Assembly: GCF_006345805.1 (NCBI RefSeq)
Contig: NC_043007.1
Location: forward strand, 58,280,001 to 58,344,000
Length of the DNA: 64,000 nt
DNA from: Octopus sinensis
Lineage: Eukaryota
Direction: 5' to 3'
The notes beneath the pieces were generated by a model. It was not told where the DNA came from and ran no database searches. It saw only the letters and a list, made by a program, of their open reading frames with translations. The first letter of the stretch is position 1; each line of letters starts with the position of its first letter. A program made the position numbers and the translations under genes. Shown in pieces: positions 23,289 through 40,192 of this stretch.

Positions 23289-24730
23289 CTGCGTTTCGAA
23301 TCAATAACGATTTTACATTTGTACTTTTATTTAAAAACCACCAGTTGGAATTCAACGAAATTTTCACAGAATGATGGCAACAATTGTATGCGCATAGGGT
23401 GTAAAAATGGGAGGATTTGCGCAAGTGTAAACAAACCATGGCCATTTACATGATTTCCACGAACTTTCAGTGGTCCAAATTATTAACGAGTGGTCTGATA
23501 AGCGTATAATTATGGGTCGTTATTACTTCTGAACTTGCAAAGACAAATCAGCATTAGAATTATCTAAAATAATTGGAAGATGTCACCAAACTGTGAAGAA
23601 ATTTGTTACAGCTTCTACGAAGATACGTTCTCTGTCACGAATTAAGTGTGAAGCTTTAAACGACCCAGGTCATACAAGAGGTCTTTTCAAGCTCATTGGT
23701 GAAACAACTGTGTCCAGAACTCCCCGATGTCCTCTTCTGAAAAAGATCGGTAAACCAGTGACATCAAGTAAAAGGACCTCTTTAAACAAAATCGTCTGAA
23801 ATGAGCAGAAGATAAAATGAAGGTCGACTTTTCGAAAAGTTTTGTTTACGGACGAAACTCGTACTACTCTTGACGGACCTGCTGGTTGGAGCAAGGACAG
23901 GTTGTAAATGGACGAGACCGTCATCAACGCTTGACACGCTAACAAGGGCGAGATTTGAGTAGGTATTATTAGAGGCATTATGGTTGGACGGTGTTCAAAT
24001 TACTGTGGATTCTTATATAGCGTTTCTGAAAGAGCACCTTGATTCTTAGTTAAAAAAGAAAAGGATCACCAAGACAACCATAATATTAGTGTAAAATAAT
24101 GCGTCCTCTCACTCAGCGAAGAAAACTAGAGCATCTGCAACAACTAGACATCGAAAGATGAAGTGGCCTGCTTGTTCTCCGGGTTAACCACAATAGATTA
24201 TTCTAAAGCAACAAGTTTACAAGAATGGACGCCAATTTGGGGGCAAGGAGGAAGTGTGACAGGCAATAGTGTATGTATTGCGTAGTACAACATCAGAGGA
24301 GATCCAGAAATCAGCATCTTCCATGGACCAGCGTCTTTCCCAATTTATTTCAAACAAACGCTCATATATTCCTTACTAACTAGTTCACTTATCATTTTTG
24401 AACGCTGTTTATTTGTTTATTTGTTTATTTGTATTTCTTCCATGCTTGTGACTGCGTCTGTTCATTTCAGTATGTAAATCAAACAATTAAATTGATATTA
24501 TCTTGTTTACATGAGTTTTAATTACGCCTCCCTAATAATTTGAAACAATGAAAGTTTACGGAAATTTGGTAAATGGCTATAGTTTCTGTATTGTTTTAAG
24601 AAAACTCGCATTTTTTACACACTACGCCTATAACAGTTGCCATCATTCTGTGAAAATTTTGTTGAATCCCAACGAGTATTTTTTAGATAGAATTTTTAAA
24701 ATGTTATGTCGTTAAAATTTTGAAACAGTG
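23287..24730 (+). mobile_element. Decayed Tc1/Tc3-like transposon with long (about 190 bp) TIRs
   Basis: GTTGGAATTCAACGAAATTTTCACAGAATGATGGCAAC near 23345 matches the reverse complement of about 24635-24675, and similarity extends along both arms. Internal frame FSKVLFTDETRTTLDGPAGWSK carries the first catalytic D motif. Confidence 0.8.
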
Positions 24731-24759
24731 TGTATATATGTATGTATATAATATATATA

Positions 24760-24803
<44 letters not shown>

Positions 24804-24866
24804 TAATATATATATACATACATATATACACATATATTATATATATAATATATATATATATATATA

Positions 24867-24919
<53 letters not shown>

Positions 24920-24968
24920 GAGAGAGAGAGAGAGATATACATATGTATATGTATATATATCGATATAC

Positions 24969-25000
<32 letters not shown>

Positions 25001-25094
25001 ATGCATACATAGATATATATGTATATTATATATTTATATATTATATAAATACTTATATTGTGCATATATATGTACATGTGTGTGTATGTGTGTG

Positions 25095-25137
<43 letters not shown>

Positions 25138-25187
25138 GTGGGTGTGTGTGGGTGGTGTGTGTGTGTGTTGTGTGTGTGTGTGTGTGT

Positions 25188-25241
<54 letters not shown>

Positions 25242-25545
25242 CAGGATCAGATTATTGAATGAAGAAATGCAGGAAGTCCAAGATGTCTACTGGTGGTTCA
25301 AGATTCCTCTTGCAGAATGGCTGCTATTGTTCAAAGCGGGTCACATGCTGTTGTTGGAAGGCCCACCAGATACTAAGGCACCTCTAACCTCCTGTCCAGC
25401 CACGCAGTTTAAGAAATTCTCTTTTTCTAATACATCTAGTGTCGCTGAAATGCCGATCTCACTTCTCACAACATCATGTGATCTACCCATTTTCCCGTAG
25501 TGATCTTGGACTTCATTTATTTCTCCATTCGATAATCTTAGTCTG
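25242..25545. mobile_element. Tc1/mariner-type MITE
   Basis: About 40-bp imperfect TIRs (CAGGATCAGATTATTGAATGAAGAAATGCAGGAAGTCCAAGAT vs reverse complement CAGACTAAGATTATCGAATGGAGAAATAAATGAAGTCCAAGAT). TA at the right end. Confidence 0.6.
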
Positions 25546-25631
25546 TACGAGCTAGGTTTCTGTTGGAAGCCTGCGCAACTTTAAATCACGTGAAGCCGAA
25601 TCAGACTGTTTTAAATAGTAATAATAATAAT

Positions 25632-25718
<87 letters not shown>

Positions 25719-26323
25719 GTGTGTGTCTGAGTCCGTGTGTGTGTGTGTGTGCATATACGCATATATACATATGAAAGAAGTATAGTAAAAAAGATATATA
25801 AACAAGTAAATATTAAATAATACAACTTTAAGATTGAAAAATGGCAGGGATTCTTTATAAATAAAATTAAATGTATAATGATGATGAGGAGGAGGAGGAC
25901 GAAGAGGATGGTGGTGGTGGTGGTTTTGGTAGTGGCGGCGTTGTTGGTGGTGGTTATGGTGGTAGCGATTGTGATGGTGGTGATGATGATGGTGGTGATG
26001 GTGGCGATGATCACGTCAACAACAACAGCAACATGTCACCAATAATAAAATCAAAAAATAAGTACAATACCAAAAAACAAGAGTAGCGTAATAAATAAGT
26101 CAAGAGGTGAAAAATAATTAGTTGAGAAAATTTCGTGAAAGATTTACAACGAAAGAGAAAAATAAGGGCAGTAAAAATTTACAAATAATATACATTTTTT
26201 AATGTGTATATCATATATATATATATGTATGTATACATACAAACACAGATACATATACATACGTACATACATACATACATACATACATACATACATACAT
26301 AAATACATACATACATACATACA

Positions 26324-26387
<64 letters not shown>

Positions 26388-27266
26388 CAATATATATATA
26401 TATACATATATATATATACATATATTCATATATAAATATATATATGAACATATGTGTGTGTACATATACATGTATGTGTAGGTTTAATAATATATGCATA
26501 TATATATATTATATTATACATATACCAACATACATAACATACATGCATACATAAATACATATACATATACATACATACATACATACACATATAATACATA
26601 CATACATACATACATACATAATATATATATATAACATATATATATATATATACAATATATATATATATACATATATATATATATGTATGTATACATACAA
26701 ACACAGATACATATACATACGTACATACATACATACATACATACATACATAATACATACATACATAAATACATACATACATACATACATACATACATACA
26801 TACATACATACATACATAATACATACATACTAATAATATATATACATATAATATATATAATACAATATTATATAATAAAGAATATATATAATACATATAT
26901 TCATATATAAATAATATATGAACCATATGTGTGTGTACATATACATGTATGTGTAGGTTTATATATATATGCATATATATATATATATATATACATACCA
27001 ACATACATACATACATGCATACATAAATACATACATACATATACATATACATACATAAATACATACATACATAGGGTGGAAATAAAGTTACAAAAGAAGG
27101 TAGCATATCTAATAATTACTTCCTTTTTAAAATGTTTGGAAATTGTTAGCTGTGCATCATACTTTTAAATTGTTTGTTTGTATGTTGTAACTAGTTTTTA
27201 TGCACACAAACACATGCAAGTATAGTATGCCTACCTGCCTCTATTATATTATATATATATATTATA

Positions 27267-27329
<63 letters not shown>

Positions 27330-27496
27330 GCATTACATATGCATATATATATATATATATATTATATACACATATTTATGCAGTGTTTTTATTTTGAGTT
27401 TATCTTAGTTTTTATGCCTGTTCTTGTTACAGTTTTCAAGCGCCTGGTTATATATATATATATATATATATATTATACATATATACATACAGATAC

Positions 27497-27533
<37 letters not shown>

Positions 27534-27882
27534 TTATATATATGTATAATATATTATATAATGTGTTTACATATATGTGTGTGTGTATATATATGAAATA
27601 TGTGTGTGCATACGTATATATATGTATATATATTTATATGTATTCTTGCATTTATTGTTACATATATTTAGTAGTGCCACATCATTTTTATTTGTTTTGG
27701 TGAATTACTTCTTCATGCTTGAGGTGCATACGAAGATGATATCACTGTAATACGCATGTGCATATTTACGTTGTTTATATTCATAAATACACGTGTTCAT
27801 CGCATCATGTTTGTGCCTGTCTATGCCTGCATATTAAGATATAAACATATACATACATACATACATATACACAATATACATA

Positions 27883-27920
<38 letters not shown>

Positions 27921-28499
27921 ATATACTCATATATATGTACATAAATATATGGTGTGTGTATGCATGTTTGTATGTATGTGTGAAAAAGACAATAACGTCA
28001 AGAACAGTAGCTGCAAATTTCACAAGAACAACTCGCTTTTAAAACAATGATGTTGCCGATGGCGCCAAAATGCAGGTCGTGATTTCACTAATTGGTAACG
28101 GTTAACTATAGTTTTGAATAAAGACATAAAGTCAGATGATGAAGATGGAGTCATGCAAAGAGAGAGGAAGAGAGAGAGAGAGAGAGAAGGAAAGAAAGAA
28201 AGAAAAAAAGAAAGAAGAGACTGTATTTGTGCGTGTGTATGTGTATTTTAGTGCGTGTATGTCTATGTGTGTACGTATGTGTCTAATCGCTGTAGAATTG
28301 GGAATTATGGAGAATGAACTTTTGGTTTGGGAGTGGGTTAGTAAAAGAAGGTGGAAAGACTGACGGAGGAGACAACCAAGATGGCAAGATATTGATAAAT
28401 AGAGGATATATGTGTGTACAAATCCATGCGTACATACGTGTGTGTGTGCGCGCGTGTGAATGAGCGTGTATATATGTATATATATATATATATTTACAT

Positions 28500-29765
<1,266 letters not shown>

Positions 29766-30230
29766 AACAATGAAAAAAGGAAACAATAAAAAATAACAAA
29801 CGGAAAAGAGAATTTTATGAAAAGAGAAAGCATAGTAGTAAAATGAAGGATAATATATCTGAAACAAAAACACAATTGGAAATAGGGGAAGAATAAAATG
29901 GCGAAAATATAAAATAGAATGCAAAAAAATACTAAAGGAAGCAATGAGAGAGAAGGAGTGAGAGTGTATAAAAATAGTAGAAAAATGAAAGAAAATAATA
30001 ATTTTAAAAAAAATATAAACGTGTAAAAAGTGAAAAAGAACGAAAAAAGAAAGAAACGACAAAAAATGAAGAAAAGAAGAGAAGTGAGTGAAAGAAAGAC
30101 AGAGAAACAGGCATAGAAATGCCAAAATAAAATGGTTGCCAAAGTTGGTAAAAATAATAAGGAAAAGTCAAAATGTTGCATGATGGGATTAGATAGAATA
30201 AAATAGAATAAAATAAATCATTAGACTATA

Positions 30231-30299
<69 letters not shown>

Positions 30300-30699
30300 T
30301 CCAATAATTGTACACTTTAACATGTCGTTACTGTTGTGCTGTTGTTGAAGTTGGTATTGGTATGGGATATTGTTGTTGTCGTTGTTGTTAGCGCTATTGG
30401 GTGTTTGTTATTTGTTGTCTTGCTTGTTTGGTTGTTTGTTTTGAAATAAATCGACTTCACAGAAATTTAATTAGACCGACCATTTTGACATTTGAGTCAG
30501 GTGGTGCCTTGCCAAAACGTATACACACACATGCACATACATACGTGCACATGTACATAAACATGTAAAATTATACGCACACATGTACTCTCAAGCATAC
30601 ATATGTACATGCATGCATTGTCTTAGATACACGAACATGCTTACTCATTGCTGCACAATCACACATCAAATCGAATTTATATACATACATACATGTATG

Positions 30700-30750
<51 letters not shown>

Positions 30751-30883
30751 TTATATATTATATATATGTATATATGTATATATATATATGTATGTATGTA
30801 TATATATATATAGATATATATATACATATATATATATAATATATATATATGTACGTATGTATTTATACATACATACATGTATG

Positions 30884-30937
<54 letters not shown>

Positions 30938-30996
30938 ATATTATATATATGTATATATGTATATATATATATGTATGTATGTATATATATATATAG

Positions 30997-31033
<37 letters not shown>

Positions 31034-31720
31034 TGTACGTATGTATTTATACATACATACATACATACATACATACATACATACATACATACATACATAC
31101 ATCCGCACGCACGTACATTCTTAGAAATACAGACACAATTGCACTCTCCCACATTCAGAAAAACACACATGCACACACACACACACAAACACTCACATAC
31201 ACATACACACACGCCCACACACTCATTCGCAAAGCTTACTCACAAAGATGCACAAATAAAAGAAAAAGAAACATGGCCGTTAAACAAAATCAACCAAAAG
31301 AAAAACAAATGAACTACAAAAAATTAGCAATAAGTAGATAAAAAAAAACATGTGTTATTTTCACCACCTGCTTTTTGGAAGATTTGTGCGTCATTTGAAC
31401 TCTTTCCCGCGTCGATGGTAGTGATTTTTTTTTACTTGTTTTTGTTATTTATGTTAATATCCTCTTTTATTTTTTGCTGTTGCTTCTTTCTGTTGTTGAT
31501 TCGTGATTATTTTGTTTTTGGCGACGTGTCGATATTATTATTGTTGATTAGTTTCTAGTTAGCGTCGATTGAGCTGAGCTATGAGCAGACATTCTTGCTG
31601 TGAACCTCCCGTCATTTTCTCAGACATTATGTGTCTAGGAGTAAATTATCACTCGAGTCTTTCCTTAAGACAGTAATGTCTAATTTGAGGAAGATGAGGT
31701 TGCAATATCTAGCAGGTTTA

Positions 31721-31923
31721 AGGCAGCATGCTGGAAGAATCGTTAACTGGCCGGGCGAAATGCATAGGGGTATTTCATCGGTCTTTACGTTCTGAGTTCA
31801 ATTTCGGTCGAAGTCGCATTTGCTTTTCATCATTTCAGGTCGATAAAATAACAGTTAATTGACTACTTGGAAAATGTAATCGACTTACTCCCGTCCCCGA
31901 AATTTTGTGCTAAAATTTGAAAC
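31721..31923 (+). mobile_element. SINE family B
   Basis: Head GGCAGCATGCTGGAAGAATCGTTAA and core TTTCATCATTTCAGGTCGATAAAATAA. Confidence 0.75.
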
Positions 31924-32058
31924 TGATATCTAACAGGTTTATAAATCACGTTCAGGTCATCTTCATTGCTCCATCGTTATATTACAGCATTTAGTTATGA
32001 ATTAGGAATTAAGAATGAAACCAAAGACGTAGCTATTTCCCTCCTGCATATGGTTTCA

Positions 32059-32212
32059 AATGCTGGTACAAGACCAATAATTCCGACCCCAGTGCTTAAC
32101 TGGCACTTATTTTATCACCTCCGAAAGGATGAAAAACGAAATTGGCCTCGGCGGAATTTGAACTCAGAAAGTAAAGTCGAGCGAAATGCCGCTAAGCATT
32201 TTGCCCAGCGAT
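32059..32212 (-). mobile_element. SINE family B (partial)
   Basis: CGACCCCAGTGCTTAACTGGCACTTATTTTATC...GAAAGGATGAA core. Confidence 0.7.
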
Positions 32213-32551
32213 TTTCGTCCAGCATATTGGCAAGATGCATAGCAGTCAGATGCTTCTCTTTTTGTGACCCGAGGTATCCATCAATCATTCAGCAAGAATA
32301 TTGATTTCAGAATAAGTTAATGGTTGTCGAGACGTTAATGTTGTAAGTCAAATATGTAATACGAAAAAAGATTTGCATGCTCGTTTCCCTTACGTAAATT
32401 AACACGTTTTAGAGATCGCTAAGCACTTTCAATATAAAAAAGTCGCTTAGTTACTGCAAACGTCTTTTAACTGGCGGGAGAAATTATTGCTGGTGAGAAT
32501 GAAGAGGATTTTCTCTTCCACCTCTTTCTTTCTCTCCCTATCTCTCTCTCC

Positions 32552-32583
<32 letters not shown>

Positions 32584-32602
32584 CTATCTCTCTCTCTCTC
32601 TC

Positions 32603-32637
<35 letters not shown>

Positions 32638-33129
32638 CTCTCTCTTTCTGAAAACCGGTCATGTTTTCAACTTTGTCACACATGATGCCATTTTGTGACA
32701 TTCTTGTTTATTTTTTTAATAAGACCATATTTAAAACTCATAAATGTCTTTAAAGCAAAATATTTTCAAATTATTTTGGCTCCATATGTGCATAACATCA
32801 AGGTACAATCGATTCTTTCTGTTTATGGTCACAACACAATGCACCGTAAGGCAAACACTCAATTACCTTCAAAGATAAGGAGGAAAGCGAAACATTGTGT
32901 TGTCAGGAATGAAGAACATACCAAGATGCCATGTGATACACAGACTCTAAAGATATGTCTGCTAAGCACACTAGCTTACAGGGATGCAAATACACCAACA
33001 CCAGCTGCCAAGCGGTGGTGGTAAACAAATACAGAAAATACACACACATATATATACATGCATACATGTATACAGCGGGCTTCTTTCAGTTTCCCTCTAC
33101 CAAATCCACTCATAAGGCATTGGTCGGAT

Positions 33130-35760
33130 AATACTTCATTATAAAAGTAACTCCTGTTCGACAAAAGGAAGAAATCAAACTCTGGATAACTTTTGTGATT
33201 TGGTCAATAATTATCCCTACAATTTACTCCCATCTCGAAAGCTTAAAACAAATACAAGTCGAGAAAAATGGGAAATCATTAATGGTCTGAAGGAGGATCA
33301 TAATATAATTATAAAAGAAACCGATAAAGGGAGTGCTGTAGTAATCATGGACTCAGAACAATACATAAACACTACTCTAATTCTCCTTCAAGTCAATACC
33401 TACTACGAAAAAATCAACAACTACAGTCAATCCAAGATAATGACTAAGTTTTCTACCCTTATCCATTAGCTCCAACAAGGTTTAACGGAAAAGGAGAAAA
33501 ATTACTTTACTAGATTTGACGGCAAAACCAGAAACTTTTATGGACTTCCTAAAATCCCAAAAAGTGAAGCCATAAACGAAGCCTGTAACAGATCAACTTC
33601 TATAATCATAAATATTCCACACCCGAGAGATCTCAAAATGAGACTAAGTGTGGATGGTCCCTCGTGTGAGACACACAGATTCAGTACCTTTATTGCCGTC
33701 CTCCTTAAACATATTCTCCTACATATACTGCGCTTTATAAGGAATGATCTGGACTTTTTAAACCATCTCCCGAACAAAACCAGGAAGGACTTCCTTCTAA
33801 TTTCATTCGATGTAATAAACCTCTACACCTCGATTCCTCACGAATACGGAATAATAGCCATACGATATTGGCAGGAAAAATTCCCAAATGACATTCCTGA
33901 CCGAATCGGAAAAGAATTCATCGTTGAAGGAATAAAATTCATCCTAAAGAACAACTTCTTCAACTTCAACGAGAACACTTACTGACAAAAAACGGGCACG
34001 GTGATGGAAACGAGTGTAGCCCCTATTTTTGCCAACCTTGTCATGGCATACTTGGAAGTCCAAATATACGAGCTCACTAGACTGAAATTAGGAGACAACT
34101 TGCAAAAATACTTACTCACCAACTGGAAACGCTACCTGGATAACTGTTTCATTCTGTGGCCACATAACCTTAAACAACTCTCAAAATTTAAAATCTTAAT
34201 CAACAGCATTAACCAGAGTATCCAGTTCACAAGGGAATACAGCCACAAACAACTACCCTTCTTGGACATCTTAATCATCAAAAAAGAAAATGAGATTGAA
34301 ACCAACATCTTCTTCAAACAGGAGGAGTCAAAACAACATCTTCTATTCTCTTGCTGCCACCCAAAACATACTAAAATAAATATAACTTTCAACTTAGCAG
34401 GAAGAATTTGCACGATTGCATCAAATCCCGAAACCCGAGAAAGCGACTCCAAGAACTAAGAAAACACAATGCTAGATAGAAAATACTCGGCCAGTCTAAT
34501 CAAAAATGGAATAGAACATGCAAAAACGATAGACATCCAAGAGTTAGGGATAACGAGAAAACACCATGGCACACTTAAAACTTTATCCTCCGTATCAACA
34601 AATAATCCGTGGAACATGGAAGCATACATCATCCACCAAAACATACCACTCCTTATGAAGGACATGCGAATGAAAAAGGCACTGGAAACACAGAAGATTA
34701 ATAAAAGCAAGAGACGACCGCAATCCCTAAAAGAAGTTATTCACCAGCGCCAAATTACCCACTAAAAATACAAACCCACTAGTCAAAAAGTGCAACCGCC
34801 CTAACTGCGGAGCTTGCATCTTCTTCTTAGAGGGCTCACCATACAAATTTAAGACAGGTCAAACTCTTACCATAAAATATCACTTCACTTGTCCTTCGAA
34901 GAACTTAATCTATGTTCTCAAATGTAGAGGGCGTGGTGGAAACTACATAGGTCAAACTGGTTTAACCTTGACGGACTAACGATGCACAGGCAAAAATATC
35001 CGAGACTCCATGACCAGGAAAACTCCCGTAAGCATAAACCCGAAATACCAAATCTTCCCTCTCTATCAATGCACCGGAAACACTTCATCACAATTCCGTT
35101 TAAATAAGGAAAACATGCTGATTAAAAAATATAAACATCCTTGAGAAAGACGAAAAAACACTAAAGAGAAAAAGGAAAAGAGACTCAATTTCAACACAAA
35201 AAAAAAAACATGTGCAGCAGACAATTTTTAAAAACTTCAGTAAGAGTCTTCTGCCTGGGTTTCAAAACTGCAACTCCAAATCACCATGCAATAACACCAT
35301 TAAAAAAACACCAGTTGCCGACGTCACCTAACTCTAGACCAATGAAATTTTACAAACACTAGTTGCTGACGTCACCTAAATCTAGATCAATGAAATTTTA
35401 CCTACGATCAAAACCGAACTTCAGCAAATACAACAAAATTACACTTTAAGACAATTAATCAGCTGGAACGTCTGATGACCGTTCACCACAGCGAAGCTAA
35501 TCAGGCAGAGCGACAAACTTGACCGCCAGAAAAACGAGACGTCAACAGTACTTTAAGGAATCACAAAATCAGATCCGTTCGCGGAAAAAGTTATAAATAC
35601 ACCGGATTCAAAAAAACACCGTTTCAAGCGAAAGTTCCTGTGCACGACGGAAAGAGAATTACAGAAACTGTAAACCAAATCCCCCTTTTTAGTATCTTCG
35701 TTTCTCCCTTGTTTTTTCTCCCTCTTAACTCAGAATCACTGAAACTTTGATGATATTCAT
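33130..35760 (+). mobile_element. Decayed Penelope-like element (RT + GIY-YIG + 3' UTR)
   Basis: RT motifs SFDVINLYTSIPH, GTVMETSVAPIFANLVM, RYLDNCF and LPFLDILI; GIY-YIG NLIYVLKCRGRGGNYIGQTG at about 34900. Multiple stops and frameshifts. It abuts a truncated family A SINE at about 33070-33128. Confidence 0.9.
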
Positions 35761-35879
35761 TTCTTGTCGGCCACTACTAACACTATTCAATTTAGAACTT
35801 TTAAACAAGTTGATCCACAGTTTTTATATTATTGACTGTTATGAACATTTAAACTTGTCAACATTGAAACTTTTAAACA

Positions 35880-36455
35880 TATTTTTTCTAATTCATATTT
35901 CAAAATTTTTACCATTGATAAACAAAAAATATTGTTGAAACTAGTCTGGTATATATGTAAATAAATTCATTTAAAAACAATTACAAGTTTTTCAAATTTA
36001 TTGTGCATTTTCAACAACAAATTTGCCTATAGTTTTTCATGCGTGGAAATACACACCCTCTTTTGTTATATATATATATATATTTGTATATGTATATGTA
36101 TATATATTATATGCTGTGACCACTATTTTGAACGTGTTTTTTTTATATCACTGTAAAAACCAGTTTATCGGGAGCCGATCCACGGATTTACAAGTTTGAA
36201 TTGTGATGAAACATAACTTGGAATCCTACCAAAAGATTACTTGGTGTTCTTCACTAATCTAATTTTGTTAGCCTGGTGTTCCAATAGAGAGTTTATGAAG
36301 TATTTTGCCCGGTTTGATAAATATATTTTTCTAATTCATAATTCTGAATTTTTACCATTGATAAACAAAAAATATTGCTGAAACTAATTTGGTATATATG
36401 TAAAATAAATTTATTTTAAAACAATTACAAGTTTTTCACATTTATGTGCATTTTC
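35880..36455. repeat. About 130-bp direct repeat pair (period about 445 bp)
   Basis: TTTCTAATTCATA...TTTACCATTGATAAACAAAAAATATTG...GTGCATTTTC at about 35880-36012 and 36325-36455. Confidence 0.8.
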
Positions 36456-36458
36456 TAC

Positions 36459-36497
<39 letters not shown>

Positions 36498-37133
36498 AAC
36501 ACACAGAGCATAATCATCACATTCATCATATATATATATATATTTATGTAACATAATCAGTATGTGGGTAAAATGATGACCGTATACCCTTGTAAAAATG
36601 TGTGTGTGTGTATGTATGTCTTACACAGTCTATTAAATTTTTATTCATATTTACTTACCTTTCTTTCAATCTTGTGCCAAATGATCTCACTAAGCATTAA
36701 ACTATTTATAGCCTGTCTAGAACTAAAGTTCTATCCTAAATACTGTTTATTTGTAATCTGAAATCTTCATTTTTCATCCACTTACAACACTGTGACCTCT
36801 CTAATTATTCTTCTATCCGATTCTCATTACTGTATCTAACAATCAGTCCCTTTGGGTCAGCGTAATAATTAAAAACCTAGACTTCTCATTTCCCTTAAAT
36901 GGTTCCTAGGGCGTAAACAGGTTTCAGTTTAATGTAAAATTATTTAATATGTCTATATATAAAACAACATCCGCTATTTGTCTTGCAATTTATTGAAGGG
37001 GATTACAAGTATTAAAGTTATTGTATATTTTCAATATGATTTATAAGGGAAATTTTAACCCCCTGCACACACACACACAGAGGCACACATTCATATATAT
37101 ATATTGATAGATAGATGATAGATAGATAGATAG

Positions 37134-37200
<67 letters not shown>

Positions 37201-37237
37201 ACATATATATATATATACATATACACATGCATACGTT

Positions 37238-37298
<61 letters not shown>

Positions 37299-37873
37299 TA
37301 TATATATATTTGTGTCGATAGTTATTCATTATAATGTGTGTGTGTATATTTGTGTGTCCCTAGGTAAATATCCATGTATGGGTGTGCCTTTCATATGAAA
37401 GAAAAAGTCCGTGTGCAACTGTTAAATTGTGTATATATGTGTGTGTTCGTGTCTGTGATTGGATATGAGCGATTATTAAATTAAGTATGTACTTATTCAC
37501 GTGAATGTGTAGTATACAGGGTATCTATGTAATGTATAGTACATATGCTTCTAACATGCCAGCATGAATATATAAAGCAATTGATCAGACATATATTATA
37601 CGGATATTAGCTTATTTAGATATTTGTATATATATATGTGCATGTGTATATGTCTGTATTTGCGTAAGTGTGCATACGCGTGTGTGACTGTGTGCGTGTA
37701 GCAATGGTTGGTTGAAATTTGTGAACTTCTGTGTACAAGTATGTGCTGACGATGATGTGAAGATAGCTGTTTGACTTTGGGAAATCGGTGTTTACCCGCT
37801 ATGCTATATATTTGTAAATGTATTCAACTACAAATATAAGGGCGATATGCGTGCATGCGTTGATGTATATCTG

Positions 37874-37936
<63 letters not shown>

Positions 37937-37941
37937 GTCCG

Positions 37942-38006
<65 letters not shown>

Positions 38007-38034
38007 ATATATGCATACACACATATGAATATCG

Positions 38035-38200
38035 TCCTCTTCCGCCGAACCGCTAAGTTACAGGGGTATAAACAAGCCAACGCCGATTTTATATATATAT
38101 GTATATACGATGGGCTTCTTTCAGATTCCGTCTACCAACTCTACTCACAAGGCTTTGGTCTGCTCGATGTTACAGTAGAAAGCACTTACCCAAGGTGCCA
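38035..38200 (-). mobile_element. SINE family A (partial)
   Basis: GCCGAACCGCTAAGTTAC...ACGATGGGCTTCTTTCAG...CCCAAGGTGCCAC. Confidence 0.7.
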
Positions 38201-38385
38201 CTTCTTCAAGCTGCCACTAAGAACTAGTGTTGTGCTGAATCCCTGAAGCACAAACACACACACACTCACACACATACACACACACACATACACACACACA
38301 AACACACACATACATACACCACACATAATATATATATATGTACATATAAACGTATGCATGTGTATATGTATATATATATATATGT

Positions 38386-38458
<73 letters not shown>

Positions 38459-38580
38459 CGTTTGTAAGTATGTATGTATGTATGTATGTATGTATGTATG
38501 TGTGTATGTATGCGCGTGTGTGCGTGTGTGTATAAGAGCGCCCACAAATCTGTATTTGTACGCCTATATATATATATATA

Positions 38581-38614
<34 letters not shown>

Positions 38615-38919
38615 CATACATGTAGGCCTATATGTATGTATATATGGATATGCATATGCATATGCACATGTGTGCATATTTTTATGTTTTTCTATGTACA
38701 CATGCACACGTTCATAAGTATGTACAGTCACAAATTCATGCCCATATATATGCACACGCACACACATATATACATATACACATTTAAATATACATGTATG
38801 TATACATAGACATATCATAATTCAATGAAGCGTACAACTCATAAACAAAAGCAAGATATTTCAAACACACATATAACACGCACACACATAGACATACATA
38901 CGCATATGCATGCACACAG

Positions 38920-39002
<83 letters not shown>

Positions 39003-39034
39003 CAGATATATATATATATTATATTTGTGTGTGG

Positions 39035-39066
<32 letters not shown>

Positions 39067-39445
39067 CTATACACAAAATATATATATGTATATACACACT
39101 CAATATATATATATATATACATACACAAACACGATCATATATATATATATATATATACTCGCACGCACGCACATACAAGCATCTGTATTAGTAATGCACG
39201 CCGTGCAATTACCCAGAATATTAAACTATTTACATTTAATATGCTTATCTATACAGCCAGTAACCAATCTTTATAAGAATTTAATTCAAAGCTTTTAGCA
39301 AGCTCTCCATGTTTCTTTAATCTTTAATACGGGCGTTACTTCCTGTTATAGATGGTTGGGTGGAGGAATAAAGAGACTTATCTATCTAACTGTCTACCAA
39401 TCTATCTCTATGTATGTATATATACATATCTATGTGTGCTTATAT

Positions 39446-39487
<42 letters not shown>

Positions 39488-39964
39488 TGTATGTATAAAT
39501 GTATGTGTATGCATGTTTACATATACATGAACATAAATGCATATATATATATATGTATGTATATATATACATATATATGTATGTCTGTATATATGTACCT
39601 TGAGGCACAGGTGTGTGATAACAAAGTTCACCTAACTAATACGTAGTCTAGGTTTCGATTCTACTACATGGAGCCTTCAGCAACTGATATTATGCCATAT
39701 CTTAGGACTGAATATACTTTGCTCGGACATTTTTGAAAGCGGAATTTTACTAAAGCTTTTTGTATACGCATATACACGTGCATACATATATACATATACA
39801 TATATATGGATCGTGCCATCCGCATACACTGCCTGAAAATCGGATAAAAAAAATTCTATGTAGAGTTTGGTCCTCACCTAGCATTGTTTGAGTCTGCTAA
39901 TAAATTCGTCCTAACAAGGTGCCTCAATTTAAGTACCTAATTCAACTGAATCTAATTACATATA

Positions 39965-40054
<90 letters not shown>

Positions 40055-40113
40055 TATATATGTATATATAATATGTATATATATATATATTATATATATA
40101 TATATATTATATA

Positions 40114-40144
<31 letters not shown>

Positions 40145-40145
40145 G

Positions 40146-40177
<32 letters not shown>

Positions 40178-40192
40178 ATATATATATTATAT

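Noticed and set aside
25430-25580. Part of an about 79-codon minus-strand open frame ([21 protein letters not shown]...)
   Set aside because: Largely overlaps a MITE and its TIR; no splice sites or homology recognised.
25871-26086. Acidic/Gly-rich ORF MYNDDEEEEDEEDGGGG
   Set aside because: Translation of GAT/GGT triplet repeats.
35465-35640. CTGATGA in the 3' UTR of the 33-35 kb PLE with a distant GAAAGTTCC
   Set aside because: No stem III or cleavage triplet; would require assuming a deletion.
39640-39700. Very degenerate hammerhead-like motif on the minus strand in a TA-flanked segment
   Set aside because: Too many core and stem mismatches to support.
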